From: Candidatus Woesearchaeota archaeon
GTDB taxonomy: Archaea > Nanobdellota > Nanobdellia > Woesearchaeales > GW2011-AR9
Length of the DNA stretch: 64,000 nt
Assembly: GCA_023265685.1 (NCBI GenBank)
Contig: JAHFSP010000003.1
Location: 759 to 64,758, forward strand
Direction of reading: 5' to 3'
The position numbers and the translations under genes are program-made. Shown here one piece after another: positions 26,549-35,769 of this stretch (positions within the stretch are counted from its first letter, which is position 1; each line of letters opens with the position of its first letter). The notes under the pieces were generated by a model, which was given only the letters and a program-made list of their open reading frames with translations, had not been told where the DNA came from and made no database searches.

Positions 26549-27253
26549 ATGACAAACATAATGGAAATGTACCGACAAATACCTGCAGTGTTGACTCAGC
26601 GATATGAAGTTGCGGAAGAAAGCGACTCGCTTGTTTTGAGATTACAAAAAGCTCCCCTTGTAGTTGAGCTATGTGAAAATCCAAGTAAGGGTGTTCTTTT
26701 TCAAGCAAATTTAATGGCACCACTGCGAGGTATGAAAAACTTACAAGAAGGGATTAACGCATTAGCGACTCTTGAAGATCGTCGGACCTTGCTCCATTTA
26801 CAAGGATATGAAGGGCAGTTACGAGACTACGACGACGGAGTCGAGGTTACTTATGATGTTGCTCTTGAATCGCCAAACCGACTTCAGCAGGCATTACGAG
26901 ATTTCAGTTTCCCTGACTACAAATTTAAGTTAGATGTTGACTTAGAGCACTGCATTGACCCTGAAGCAAAAAGATTTACAGGGTATATTAATTGGACTAA
27001 TGGGAAAATAATTCTCTCTCAAAAAGATACGAGAATTTTTAGAGAGGCAGTTCGTGTGTATGTGAACAAGTCTTTAGAAGATGATCCCACTCTGAGAATC
27101 GGTTCTTATGGTATGGGTGGCATTGAACTTGAAGCCGAAGCGGAGGAGACGTTGTTGAGAACACAAACAGAGTTGTGTCGCATTCTCAATGAGACCTTTC
27201 AGCGAACTGATTTGGAATTGATCGTTGAGAGAAAAACTAGAGATAAACCATAA
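26549..27253 (+). CDS. Hypothetical protein
   Basis: 234-codon ORF with an ATG start. No motif was recognised. Confidence 0.5.
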   Translation: MTNIMEMYRQIPAVLTQRYEVAEESDSLVLRLQKAPLVVELCENPSKGVLFQANLMAPLRGMKNLQEGINALATLEDRRTLLHLQGYEGQLRDYDDGVEVTYDVALESPNRLQQALRDFSFPDYKFKLDVDLEHCIDPEAKRFTGYINWTNGKIILSQKDTRIFREAVRVYVNKSLEDDPTLRIGSYGMGGIELEAEAEETLLRTQTELCRILNETFQRTDLELIVERKTRDKP

Positions 27254-27307
27254 TTTTCTTTTTTACTTTTTTCGTTGATGGTTTGAGGTAGATGGAGGAA
27301 TAGAAAA

Positions 27308-27808
27308 ATGATTACACTAAATATACTTATAGGAGATGACGGATTTGAAAATAGTGATACGGCAAAAGATGCTATTGACAATATGTTTTTTGGCATGGCC
27401 GATATCTTGAAGTATAAAAAAGCATTTCCAATCAGAACAGAACGAGAAGGAGATTTGTATGTTGGAAGAAATATTGTTCCCTATGTTACTGAAGTTTGTG
27501 TAAGAACAGTTAAATCAGTAGATGAATTGATTTGCGAAGCTGGACAAGGAGAATACAATTTAGTTGTAACAGACTTGCAATATGGTGCTTTTGGGGGTGA
27601 TAGAGGAGGAGAAAGAGTAATTGATGCACTTCAAGGAAGGCAACCTCTTGTACTTTGCACGTCATCCTATGTTGTTCGTGATTTTGGTTTAGGAAGTAGA
27701 GTTGACATTCTTGCATCACCAAGAGCTGAAGGGTATGATAGAATGAACAAGTTTGAGTTTCTGGGATGGAAAATCAGTGAATTTTACATGAAACGAAACC
27801 AGGAATAG
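27308..27808 (+). CDS. Hypothetical protein, possibly a divergent receiver (CheY-like) domain
   Basis: LNILIGDDG ... YNLVVTDLQYG ... PLVLCTSS follow the order of REC beta1, beta3 and beta4 motifs, with an insertion after beta1. The match is weak. Confidence 0.4.
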   Translation: MITLNILIGDDGFENSDTAKDAIDNMFFGMADILKYKKAFPIRTEREGDLYVGRNIVPYVTEVCVRTVKSVDELICEAGQGEYNLVVTDLQYGAFGGDRGGERVIDALQGRQPLVLCTSSYVVRDFGLGSRVDILASPRAEGYDRMNKFEFLGWKISEFYMKRNQE

Positions 27809-27899
27809 TGCCTAAATTAGATGGCAGATTTCTTTTTGATTTTTTCTTTGTATTTTTGGTAAATATTTATAAGTATTAGTATTATTATAATACCTAATA

Positions 27900-28754
27900 A
27901 TGGAAAATCTTTCAGAACAAGAAGTGTTAAAGCATCGTACCTCATTGATTGAGTCAAAAATCCTTACGAGAAGGCAATGTGAGGTTCTGGAAAAGAGGAG
28001 TAAAAATATCGGATTAAGTTCTACTGAGAAAACGTACTATTACAAATTTATTCGACCGAAGTTGAAAATGATTTCTTGCTTTCAGGGAGATGACACATTG
28101 TGTGTAATGGGAAGCGAGCAGATGATTTTTGAAAGAATTGAAGAAGCAAAGAGGATAATTCTTCGTCTAGAACAGAAACATAAGAACCAGAAAATACTTC
28201 TCTCGGGTTCGTTTTTGTTTAAAGAGAAGTATAAAGATATTGATGTGTTTGTCATTAGTAAGTATGCTAAGGAGAACTATCGTTTTAGAAAAATGCAAAT
28301 TAGTTTTCTTAAAGAGAAAGATCTTGATACGTTATTCTTCGCATCATTGGCACAAATGAGTGTGGCGAACTTTAAACCAGTTTTGAATTATGCACCAATA
28401 GTTACAATCGAGGATTTTACTAAAAACTATGAGTTGCTGGTGAATGCATTTTTACAAAAAGATGACCTCGAGCCTTATTTGAGAACTTTTCTGCTTCACA
28501 CATCATATTTGAGCATAGGCGTTATTCTTAACCCATTACAACTATCAGAATTGAGAGAGAAATTTTTTAGATTTAAAAATATTGAGTTCATAAGGCAATA
28601 TGTAGTGTATGCACTTCTAACGGGATACACCAAGGTAGAACGGAAAAGACTGAGAACGTACATACAGGATTACAAATTACTCAAGAGAGAATATAAGTCA
28701 ACAAATATCCACGAGTATATCAAAACGTATGAGATGGTGATGAAAGTTGGATAA
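27900..28754 (+). CDS. HTH-like N-terminus + Pol-beta nucleotidyltransferase + helical C-domain protein (cassette copy 1)
   Basis: LTRRQCEVLEKRSKNIGLSSTEKTYYYKFIRPKL (HTH-like) and KILLSGSFLFKEKYKDIDVFVISKY (G-S-x10-D-x-D). It is a paralog of 51392-52279. Confidence 0.7.
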   Translation: MENLSEQEVLKHRTSLIESKILTRRQCEVLEKRSKNIGLSSTEKTYYYKFIRPKLKMISCFQGDDTLCVMGSEQMIFERIEEAKRIILRLEQKHKNQKILLSGSFLFKEKYKDIDVFVISKYAKENYRFRKMQISFLKEKDLDTLFFASLAQMSVANFKPVLNYAPIVTIEDFTKNYELLVNAFLQKDDLEPYLRTFLLHTSYLSIGVILNPLQLSELREKFFRFKNIEFIRQYVVYALLTGYTKVERKRLRTYIQDYKLLKREYKSTNIHEYIKTYEMVMKVG

Positions 28755-29064
28755 AAGAGAAGTGAAAGAGAAGATTAGGTCATTATTGGATGATCAACTC
28801 CGCTTTGAAGGACATTTCGACAAATGCTTTGAAGATTTGAAAGATACTCAAAAAGAAGATTTATTGGTGTGGGTGGTTTCGTGTCGAGATCAGAAAGAAA
28901 ACGTGATTCAATCAAAACGGGATCGAGATATTATTGGGTTTGTAAAACGGTTTGGTTCGAATGTGCGTGCAGTTCTAACAAAGAAAAAAGAAGGCTATTT
29001 TCTTGCTCTGTTCTTAGATAAGCACAAATATTACGATGAAGAAATGGAGAAACTAGGCTTCTAG
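28747..29064 (+). CDS. Small protein coupled to the NTase gene; possibly RelE/YoeB-fold (cassette copy 1)
   Basis: The TTG start overlaps the upstream stop. Blocks conserved with copy 2 are FEGHFDK, LxWVxxC, RDxIxF and GYFLALFLDKHKYYDE. Confidence 0.6.
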   Translation: MDKREVKEKIRSLLDDQLRFEGHFDKCFEDLKDTQKEDLLVWVVSCRDQKENVIQSKRDRDIIGFVKRFGSNVRAVLTKKKEGYFLALFLDKHKYYDEEMEKLGF

Positions 29065-29127
29065 TAAACGACAGAGTGATCACTAAGCCGTTTACTATCT
29101 AACAAGCAATTTTTGACCTATTGCTAG

Positions 29128-29913
29128 CTATTCTGAGAATATCTTCTTCCATTCTTTTCTGTATAGCTTGATCATCATGATGGTTGCAACGAGAATCATC
29201 GCCGCACTAAACCATTGGCCGATGGTGAATGGACCCCAGAATGTGTCTTCGCGCCAGAAGTCAACGATAAATCTGCCGATACCTTCAAGCAGGACAAAGT
29301 TCCAAAATAAAAAGCCATCTTTGAACTTATTTTTACTTAATAGAAACCATAACCATCCTGTAATCACAAATCGATACGCTGCGGCATAGAGTTGTTGAGG
29401 ATGACGACAGAGATCGCCGCCACCCGTATTTTTGAAATTGACACACCACCAGATCTTGGTTTGATCTGCAATAGTCCCCCATAATTCGCCGTTGATAAAA
29501 TTAGCAATTCTGCCAAACGCAAGTGCAAACATGGAGGGCATTGCTAAGACATCGGCGAGTTGGGCAAAGGATCGTTTGGTTTTTCTCGCATAGAGCCAGA
29601 CTCCTGTGATAATGCCGACAAAGCCACCGTGAAAACTCATGCCACCTTGCCAAATTTTAAAGAAATTGAGAGGGTTAGTGAGATAATAGCGTGGCTCCCA
29701 AAATACTTCGAAGATACGTGAACCGATGAGCACGCCTAAAACTACGTAAAGCATGAGATCCCATACATCATCTTTGCTCATGTTGAGATGAGAACGATAT
29801 TTGTGGATGATCCAGGCAGCAAAGAGAAAGCCGATGACATAGGTTATACCGTACCAGCGAATTTGGAGCGGGCCAAGGTGTATGAGAATGGGGTTAATGG
29901 AGTGAATCCACAT
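29128..29913 (-). CDS. lgt: Prolipoprotein diacylglyceryl transferase (bacterial-type Lgt)
   Basis: LGPLQIRWYGITYVIGF, GGMSFHGGFVG, GRIANFINGELWG and RHPQQLY match the Lgt signature blocks. Confidence 0.85.
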   Translation of the reverse strand: MWIHSINPILIHLGPLQIRWYGITYVIGFLFAAWIIHKYRSHLNMSKDDVWDLMLYVVLGVLIGSRIFEVFWEPRYYLTNPLNFFKIWQGGMSFHGGFVGIITGVWLYARKTKRSFAQLADVLAMPSMFALAFGRIANFINGELWGTIADQTKIWWCVNFKNTGGGDLCRHPQQLYAAAYRFVITGWLWFLLSKNKFKDGFLFWNFVLLEGIGRFIVDFWREDTFWGPFTIGQWFSAAMILVATIMMIKLYRKEWKKIFSE

Positions 29914-29934
29914 AAATGGTTGGGAGTAGGGAGG

Positions 29935-30459
29935 CTATTTAATGGTTTGGGAATCTTTTTGGGAAAGAAATAGATTAGGAAAAACGAAACCTCTGCTTGC
30001 AGCATAGGCAAGGCATCGTTGAAGATATGGCCCTATAGGCATAGAGAATTCAAGATCAAGATGTCCTAAGAATGATTGGTATTCAGGAGAGGTTACGGGG
30101 GGGTTGTGAAAAACAGTATAAGAACAACCAATATCAGGGATTTTTTGGATGGCTTGGACAAGTGTTCCGACATGAGCAAGAGTCCCAATACCTGATCGTT
30201 TTGCACTATCTCCAAGGCGTTCCAATGGATAAAAACGAGCATATTCTATTTGGCCATTTCCACACCGTGAAACTTTAAGTTGCCCCCAGCCAGTTTGCTT
30301 GCCATCTAAAAAGTATGCTGTTTCAAGTTCATCCTTCCAGCCACAGGCTAGAAAATCGCCTTGATTGGGGAACCGGACTTTAAATCGGCTTTGCAACGAG
30401 TAAAGAGTCATTACTGGCGAATTGACATCGGAACCAGAAATTTTTGGATTAGTACCCAT
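29935..30459 (-). CDS. Hypothetical protein
   Basis: 174-codon ORF. No confident motif was recognised. Confidence 0.45.
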   Translation of the reverse strand: MGTNPKISGSDVNSPVMTLYSLQSRFKVRFPNQGDFLACGWKDELETAYFLDGKQTGWGQLKVSRCGNGQIEYARFYPLERLGDSAKRSGIGTLAHVGTLVQAIQKIPDIGCSYTVFHNPPVTSPEYQSFLGHLDLEFSMPIGPYLQRCLAYAASRGFVFPNLFLSQKDSQTIK

Positions 30460-30671
30460 ACTCCCATTTTTGGATTTTATATTTTAAATTTAATGCAAAA
30501 AAATGAAATTACCAGCCCATGTGTTAGATTAGCGTTTGTTTAATATCAGCTCAGCTGGATTTGCCTGTTCTACTATAACTATAACATCACCGTAAACTTT
30601 ATATATCCTCTACCTCTCTGTAGTTTATCGCTTTTGAGTAGTCAGCGATCAAAAATGAGGGTGAAATCATC

Positions 30672-30935
30672 ATGGCAGAGAAAGACAAGTGTTATTCTAA
30701 AGAGCTCCTAGGAAAAACCATCGTATCCAAATCTGGTAAGAAGTTTGGAGAAGTGGGAGATTTAATCTACGAAGTAGGTTCAGGAGAGTTAATTCATATT
30801 GTATTGCGTAATGGAACTACGTATATTGACCGTATGGAACTTGAAAAAACCAAAGACGGTCAAGTTTTAATTCCATTTTCTGCAGTGATTGCAACTGGCG
30901 ATTACATCGTTGTTGCAGAAGAAGATATTGTTTAA
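30672..30935 (+). CDS. PRC-barrel domain protein
   Basis: LLGKTIVSKSGKKFGEVGDLIYEVGSGELIHIVL is the typical PRC-barrel pattern. Confidence 0.75.
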   Translation: MAEKDKCYSKELLGKTIVSKSGKKFGEVGDLIYEVGSGELIHIVLRNGTTYIDRMELEKTKDGQVLIPFSAVIATGDYIVVAEEDIV

Positions 30936-30999
30936 ATTTTTTGTTTTTGCTCTTTTTTACTTTCTGATTCTGGAGTGGATTTAATTTTAACAGATAGGT

Positions 31000-31497
31000 T
31001 TATTGATCTGTCCCTTGATACATTCCTGGTCCTTGGCATTCCATGCGAAATGGCCGTCCATCCCATCTTTGAATGGTTTCACTAAAACGGGGAGCTACCC
31101 ATGTTACACGTTCAAGACCACATTCTCCAGGTTGAGTTGTGTAGAGAAACTCACGGTTCCAAGGGAATATAGTTAGGCCTGGTCCAACAGCAATTGCTCG
31201 TAGTGAGGGACGAAAATCTGCAGGATCAAGTTTCGTGCGACCAGTAACCAATGCAAGACCCGTACCAAAATAATTTCTGTGTACATCTAAACCGATATTT
31301 TTTCCAAGACGACCTAGGAGATCATAACGAATTACTGCAGCTTGAACTCTATCGCGTGAAGGAGCATCGATTTTAACTTCTAACCCAGAACGGTCGTAGG
31401 GGACAGTAATCATTGATGGATGACGCCATTGAGCATATTGTTCGAGGATATAGGGAAGATTGTGATCAGTTATTTGGAATGACATTTGGAATGACAT
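31000..31497 (-). CDS. Hypothetical protein (start region tandemly duplicated)
   Basis: 165-codon ORF beginning MSFQMSFQ. No motif was recognised. Confidence 0.45.
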   Translation of the reverse strand: MSFQMSFQITDHNLPYILEQYAQWRHPSMITVPYDRSGLEVKIDAPSRDRVQAAVIRYDLLGRLGKNIGLDVHRNYFGTGLALVTGRTKLDPADFRPSLRAIAVGPGLTIFPWNREFLYTTQPGECGLERVTWVAPRFSETIQRWDGRPFRMECQGPGMYQGTDQ

Positions 31498-31539
31498 AGA
31501 GAGAAAGAACGCGTTGAAGTTTAAAATAGTTTTGGGAAT

Positions 31540-32016
31540 CTATTCTTCTTTGGGTAACTCGAATTCTTCATCGACTTTTTTGGCATATTCACGCACACGG
31601 GCAAGAACAGATTTGAGAACAAAATTGACTACTTTTTCATCGAAGAGTTCGGTGAGTGATGCCCATTCGCTGATTCTGTAGAGATTAGCATTGGTTTCAA
31701 TAAGATAGAGGTCTTTGAGACGTTTGAGTTGGCGGCGGATGTTGGAGGAAGCGATACCAAGCATGGCCAAACCGTGTTTTTTACGGTAATCCATAACATG
31801 ATTTTTGATTTCTTCAGAATGTAATTCTTCTTTGCGTTTTTTGGCTTCAAGAAGCACGAGTAAGACATCGACAATAACGTCTCGTGAATCACCGGGTTGG
31901 AGCAGGCCTATTGAGAGACAGAATTTGCGCACGACGTCGCGTCCATCCATAGTGGGTTTTTCATAGCGACGTAAGGTTAATTCTGCTAACGGTGTATCAC
32001 GAGCAATTTTTGACAT
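31540..32016 (-). CDS. Putative winged-helix transcriptional regulator
   Basis: DSRDVIVDVLLVLLEAKK...GIASSNIRRQLKRLKDLYLIE has a wHTH-like recognition helix and wing. Confidence 0.45.
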   Translation of the reverse strand: MSKIARDTPLAELTLRRYEKPTMDGRDVVRKFCLSIGLLQPGDSRDVIVDVLLVLLEAKKRKEELHSEEIKNHVMDYRKKHGLAMLGIASSNIRRQLKRLKDLYLIETNANLYRISEWASLTELFDEKVVNFVLKSVLARVREYAKKVDEEFELPKEE

Positions 32017-32160
32017 TTGATCATCTCTTTTAAGAGAAGAAGGTATTTTTTAGTTCTTTTAAATGTTTCTTTGTGGTTTATGAATGATTGAAGAAGAAGT
32101 TATTTTTGGGTAAGATTTTGAGGACTTTTTTGAGATCGCCTGAGATAAGTGGGTGGGTTT

Positions 32161-33861
32161 TTACTTATGTAAATACCAGAAGACTAACGTTGCTGGACTC
32201 TTGGCGTCAAGGGTACAGAAAGCAAAGCGTTCGAACTGGACGATGTCACGTGCAGCAACATTCTTGAGTGCTGGTTCACCCAGGCCTTTGATGAAGGAGC
32301 CGTCTTCAAGTAGTACTTCTACGTTGATGAGGTCATTAGATACAGGTAGCCAGTGGAGAATGAGGCCGCGATTCACTGCGTTCTTGTATTCGTCATATTT
32401 TTCTGAGACAACTTGGTATTTGCCATTTTCCACGACGATGTTGCAAAAATCGATAAGACGATGGATTTTACCTGGTTCAAGTCGTTCAAGATCTTTTTTG
32501 CCAAGATACACGTGAAGAGTAGCATGAAGTGTGCGAGTGCCTCGATGAAGAAAACTATCATGCAATGCCATGTGAACGGTTTTAGGAGTTGCTCCGTGTA
32601 GTTCAATTTGAACCGGATCTTCAACAAAGAAGTAACGATTAGCATTTGGTTCAATGATGTCTCGATTAAATGAGTTGATCATTTTCCAAAACTCTTCCAT
32701 GGTAACGGTTTTATCGTTGAGACTTAAGCCGATTTCAACAGCGAATCGACGAAATGCGCCTGGTTGATAGCCACGACGACGTAATGCAGGCAAGAAGGGA
32801 ATACGAATGTCATCCCAGCCATTATACTTGCCTTGTTCAATAGCTTGACGAGTTTGAGTAGTACTTAGTGTAAACCCTTCAAAATTAATCATACCCCAAT
32901 GTTTGTACTCAGGAACTTTCCACCCTAAGTGTTGCATGATCAAACGCTCTTTTTCTCCGTTATCGGTATGGTCTTTACCATTAAGAACGTGGGTGACGCC
33001 GAGTTCGTGATCATCGACAGCGACGGAGAAAATCATTAAAGGCCAAACACGTTGTGATTTTCCAGTTTTAGGATGAATATGTTCAACAATGCGCATGATA
33101 GGGACATCACGCATAGCGGGATTTTTGTGTTTGATATCAGTTTTAAGACGTACAACAGCCTCACCTTCTGCATATTCACCAAAGAGCTTGGCATAGCGAA
33201 TTTGATGTTCTTTGGTTGGTAATTCTCGACAAGGACAGGCGATACCTTTGTTTTTCATTTCACGCCAAATCTCTGCAGCACAGGTGCAAACATAGGCGTT
33301 ATTCTGGGTTACAAGCTTTTCTGCATGGTCATAATAGATACCAAGTCTGGAGGATTGGATAATGACACTATTGATGCCGTTATCAGTCATCCATCGTGCA
33401 TCGCGCTCAATAAGTTCGTAGGCTTGAGGATAAATATTTTCGGCATTGGTGTCTTCAAGACGTAAAATGAGTTTGCCATTGTACATCTTAGCGTATTCGT
33501 AATTGAGTGATGTGCCGTAGGCATGACCAATATGAAGTGGACCAGAAGGAGAAGGAGCAATTCGTACAATAACTTCGCCTTTGCACGCATTAGGAAGAGG
33601 TTTAAGTGGACCTTGAGGGATTTCGCACGTGATTGGTTTAGTAAGATCGGGACGAAGATGATCTAGTTTTTGCTGCATTTGTTCGATGGTGTGAGAGGAG
33701 ATTTCTTTGAGGACGGCATCGATTTCTTTCATTAATGCTGGGACGTCTCTTTTGAGATCAGGGTGTTCTTTGAGGACCGCTCCGAGAACAACTTTAGAAT
33801 TACCTTTACCTTGGAATGCAATCGCGTTGTGGAGCGCATGAGGAAGGATACGATCTTTCAT
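32161..33861 (-). CDS. gltX: Glutamyl-tRNA synthetase (archaeal type)
   Basis: RIAPSPSGPLHIGHAYG (HIGH) and LRLEDTN, with archaeal/eukaryotic GluRS length and C-terminal domain. Confidence 0.95.
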   Translation of the reverse strand: MKDRILPHALHNAIAFQGKGNSKVVLGAVLKEHPDLKRDVPALMKEIDAVLKEISSHTIEQMQQKLDHLRPDLTKPITCEIPQGPLKPLPNACKGEVIVRIAPSPSGPLHIGHAYGTSLNYEYAKMYNGKLILRLEDTNAENIYPQAYELIERDARWMTDNGINSVIIQSSRLGIYYDHAEKLVTQNNAYVCTCAAEIWREMKNKGIACPCRELPTKEHQIRYAKLFGEYAEGEAVVRLKTDIKHKNPAMRDVPIMRIVEHIHPKTGKSQRVWPLMIFSVAVDDHELGVTHVLNGKDHTDNGEKERLIMQHLGWKVPEYKHWGMINFEGFTLSTTQTRQAIEQGKYNGWDDIRIPFLPALRRRGYQPGAFRRFAVEIGLSLNDKTVTMEEFWKMINSFNRDIIEPNANRYFFVEDPVQIELHGATPKTVHMALHDSFLHRGTRTLHATLHVYLGKKDLERLEPGKIHRLIDFCNIVVENGKYQVVSEKYDEYKNAVNRGLILHWLPVSNDLINVEVLLEDGSFIKGLGEPALKNVAARDIVQFERFAFCTLDAKSPATLVFWYLHK

Positions 33862-33929
33862 GAGGGGGTTGGAGAGAGATGCTATTTTAAATTTTTGGGT
33901 AGAAAAGTATTTTAATCTAGATTAAGAAA

Positions 33930-34484
33930 ATGAAAAATATGAACATTAACGTTGGATCACTTAACGGCCCAAAACTTACCGCGGTACGAGAAGTAGTTGA
34001 ATTGTGCCCTGATTTGTTCCAAAATGCCATCGTAACTGGTATTGATGTAGAGCATAATTTGTTTGGTCACCCAGAAACATTACAGAAGACTGTTGAGGGA
34101 GCAATGGATCGAGCACGTAAAGCATTTAGAGATTGTGAATATAGTATTGGGCTTGAAGGAGGGTTGATGGTTGTACCCCACACCCTTTGTGGATATATGG
34201 AAGTCGCAGTTTGTGCGATTTACGATGGTCACGAATTTTATATTGGAATCGGGCCTGCGTTTGAATGGCCACCTCTTGTTACGCAGATGATACTTCGAGG
34301 TGAAGCTGATGGGAGTACTGCTTCTAAAAACTTAGGATATACCTCTCATGAAAAATTGGGAGCACGTCCTGGTGGAATGATTGGGGTTCTAACAGGAGGA
34401 TTAACAACTCGAGAAAATCAGACGAAATATTCTATTATCTCTGCACTGGTACGGTTGAAAAATAAAGAGATGTATGGAGGATAA
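33930..34484 (+). CDS. yjjX: Non-canonical purine NTP phosphatase (YjjX/DUF84 family)
   Basis: [18 protein letters not shown] and GLEGGL blocks typical of the family. Confidence 0.75.
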   Translation: MKNMNINVGSLNGPKLTAVREVVELCPDLFQNAIVTGIDVEHNLFGHPETLQKTVEGAMDRARKAFRDCEYSIGLEGGLMVVPHTLCGYMEVAVCAIYDGHEFYIGIGPAFEWPPLVTQMILRGEADGSTASKNLGYTSHEKLGARPGGMIGVLTGGLTTRENQTKYSIISALVRLKNKEMYGG

Positions 34485-34485
34485 T

Positions 34486-34815
34486 ATGACAATCACGTAC
34501 GATGACTTCCACAACGTAGACATTCGAGTTGGCACGATCATTTTCGTGGATGACTTTCCTCAAGCACGTAAGCCTGCCTACAAGTTGAAAATCGATTTAG
34601 GCGAGTTGGGTATTAAGAATTCAAGTGCACAGATTACAGCTTACTATACTAAAGAAGAGTTGGTGGGTAAACAAGTTTTGTGCGTTGTTAATTTTGCGCC
34701 AAAACAGATTGGTCCGTTTCTGTCTGAGGTCTTAACGATGGGTTTTGATGGTGAGAATGGGGTAATTCTTGCATCTGTTGAGAGGAAAGTTGAGAATGGG
34801 GAGAGGTTATATTAA
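34486..34815 (+). CDS. csaA: tRNA-binding domain protein (CsaA/Trbp111-like)
   Basis: [11 protein letters not shown]...[14 protein letters not shown]...[21 protein letters not shown]. Confidence 0.85.
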   Translation: MTITYDDFHNVDIRVGTIIFVDDFPQARKPAYKLKIDLGELGIKNSSAQITAYYTKEELVGKQVLCVVNFAPKQIGPFLSEVLTMGFDGENGVILASVERKVENGERLY

Positions 34816-34846
34816 ATTAACGGAGTTAGAGAGGAAAATAGAGGGA

Positions 34847-35656
34847 TTAATACTTTCCACGCTCAACGAGCTTCTTCATGACTTTAACAAATTCATCAGC
34901 GAGAGCATACAATTGGTCATATTCTTTTCCACTAATCTCCCTGATTTCACGGTGAGTAATTTCTTTACTTAACTTGTAGAACATACGCATCGTTTCAGGA
35001 TATTTTTTGTTTAATAAACCTTTTTTGACGTACACAATCTCGAGAAGATCAGCAACGTGTTCGGGAGTAGGTGGAACTTGGTTAGCACGCATAAGAGCGG
35101 CGTGAGCAGCATCAATAACAGACCAATATAGATCTAGTGTTGCCTGAAGAACATGCCATTGAGAGTTTAATAAAGTGCGTGGTGCGCGTCCAAAATAATG
35201 CCAAATGCTTTCTTCTGAGGGACGGACCTTACCGCTCTGGAGCAGGCCCTGTAAAGGGGAGAAAAAACCAGTATCATAGAGCCCTACGCCATCACGTAAA
35301 ATGTTGACAACAACAGGATCGCCAGCACGGGATTGTTCCCAAAATGTCGTAAACGTCATGGAGGTAATATGAAAACGGCCAGAAATTTTATTCATGAGTT
35401 TTTCTACAATAAGACGATAGCCTTCAATGAGTGGTTCTGAGATAATGTAATTGGTATCGTCGGTAATAATCAGAATGTCAATATCACTTTGGGCAGTTGC
35501 TTCTTTGCGTGCAACACTACCAAAAACGATAACACCCATAAGAAAATCACCTAATTCTTTGCCTAATTCTTGAGCGAATTTTTGAGCAATTTGTAAATCC
35601 TGAGTAGGGTATTTGTGAGTGTTTTTGGGAACTCTGCGCTCTATTTTGAACTCCAT
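34847..35656 (-). CDS. Nucleotidyltransferase-HEPN fusion protein
   Basis: VIVFGSVARKEATAQSDIDILIITDD NTase motif, followed by a helical HEPN-like C-terminus. Confidence 0.75.
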   Translation of the reverse strand: MEFKIERRVPKNTHKYPTQDLQIAQKFAQELGKELGDFLMGVIVFGSVARKEATAQSDIDILIITDDTNYIISEPLIEGYRLIVEKLMNKISGRFHITSMTFTTFWEQSRAGDPVVVNILRDGVGLYDTGFFSPLQGLLQSGKVRPSEESIWHYFGRAPRTLLNSQWHVLQATLDLYWSVIDAAHAALMRANQVPPTPEHVADLLEIVYVKKGLLNKKYPETMRMFYKLSKEITHREIREISGKEYDQLYALADEFVKVMKKLVERGKY

Positions 35657-35769
35657 AGTAGTTGGTGAAGCAAAAGCAGCTTATTAAGTCTTTTAACTAT
35701 TGGAGAGGAGTCATAGAACAATGTTTAGAGGTTGATAAATATTATAAATCCTTTCGTAGAGCTACATCC

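Noticed and set aside
30627-30649. Inverted repeat ATCGCT-N11-AGCGAT in the 5' leader of the PRC-barrel gene
   Set aside because: The stem is only 6 bp with a large loop and no second copy elsewhere in the window. This is insufficient to call a regulatory hairpin.
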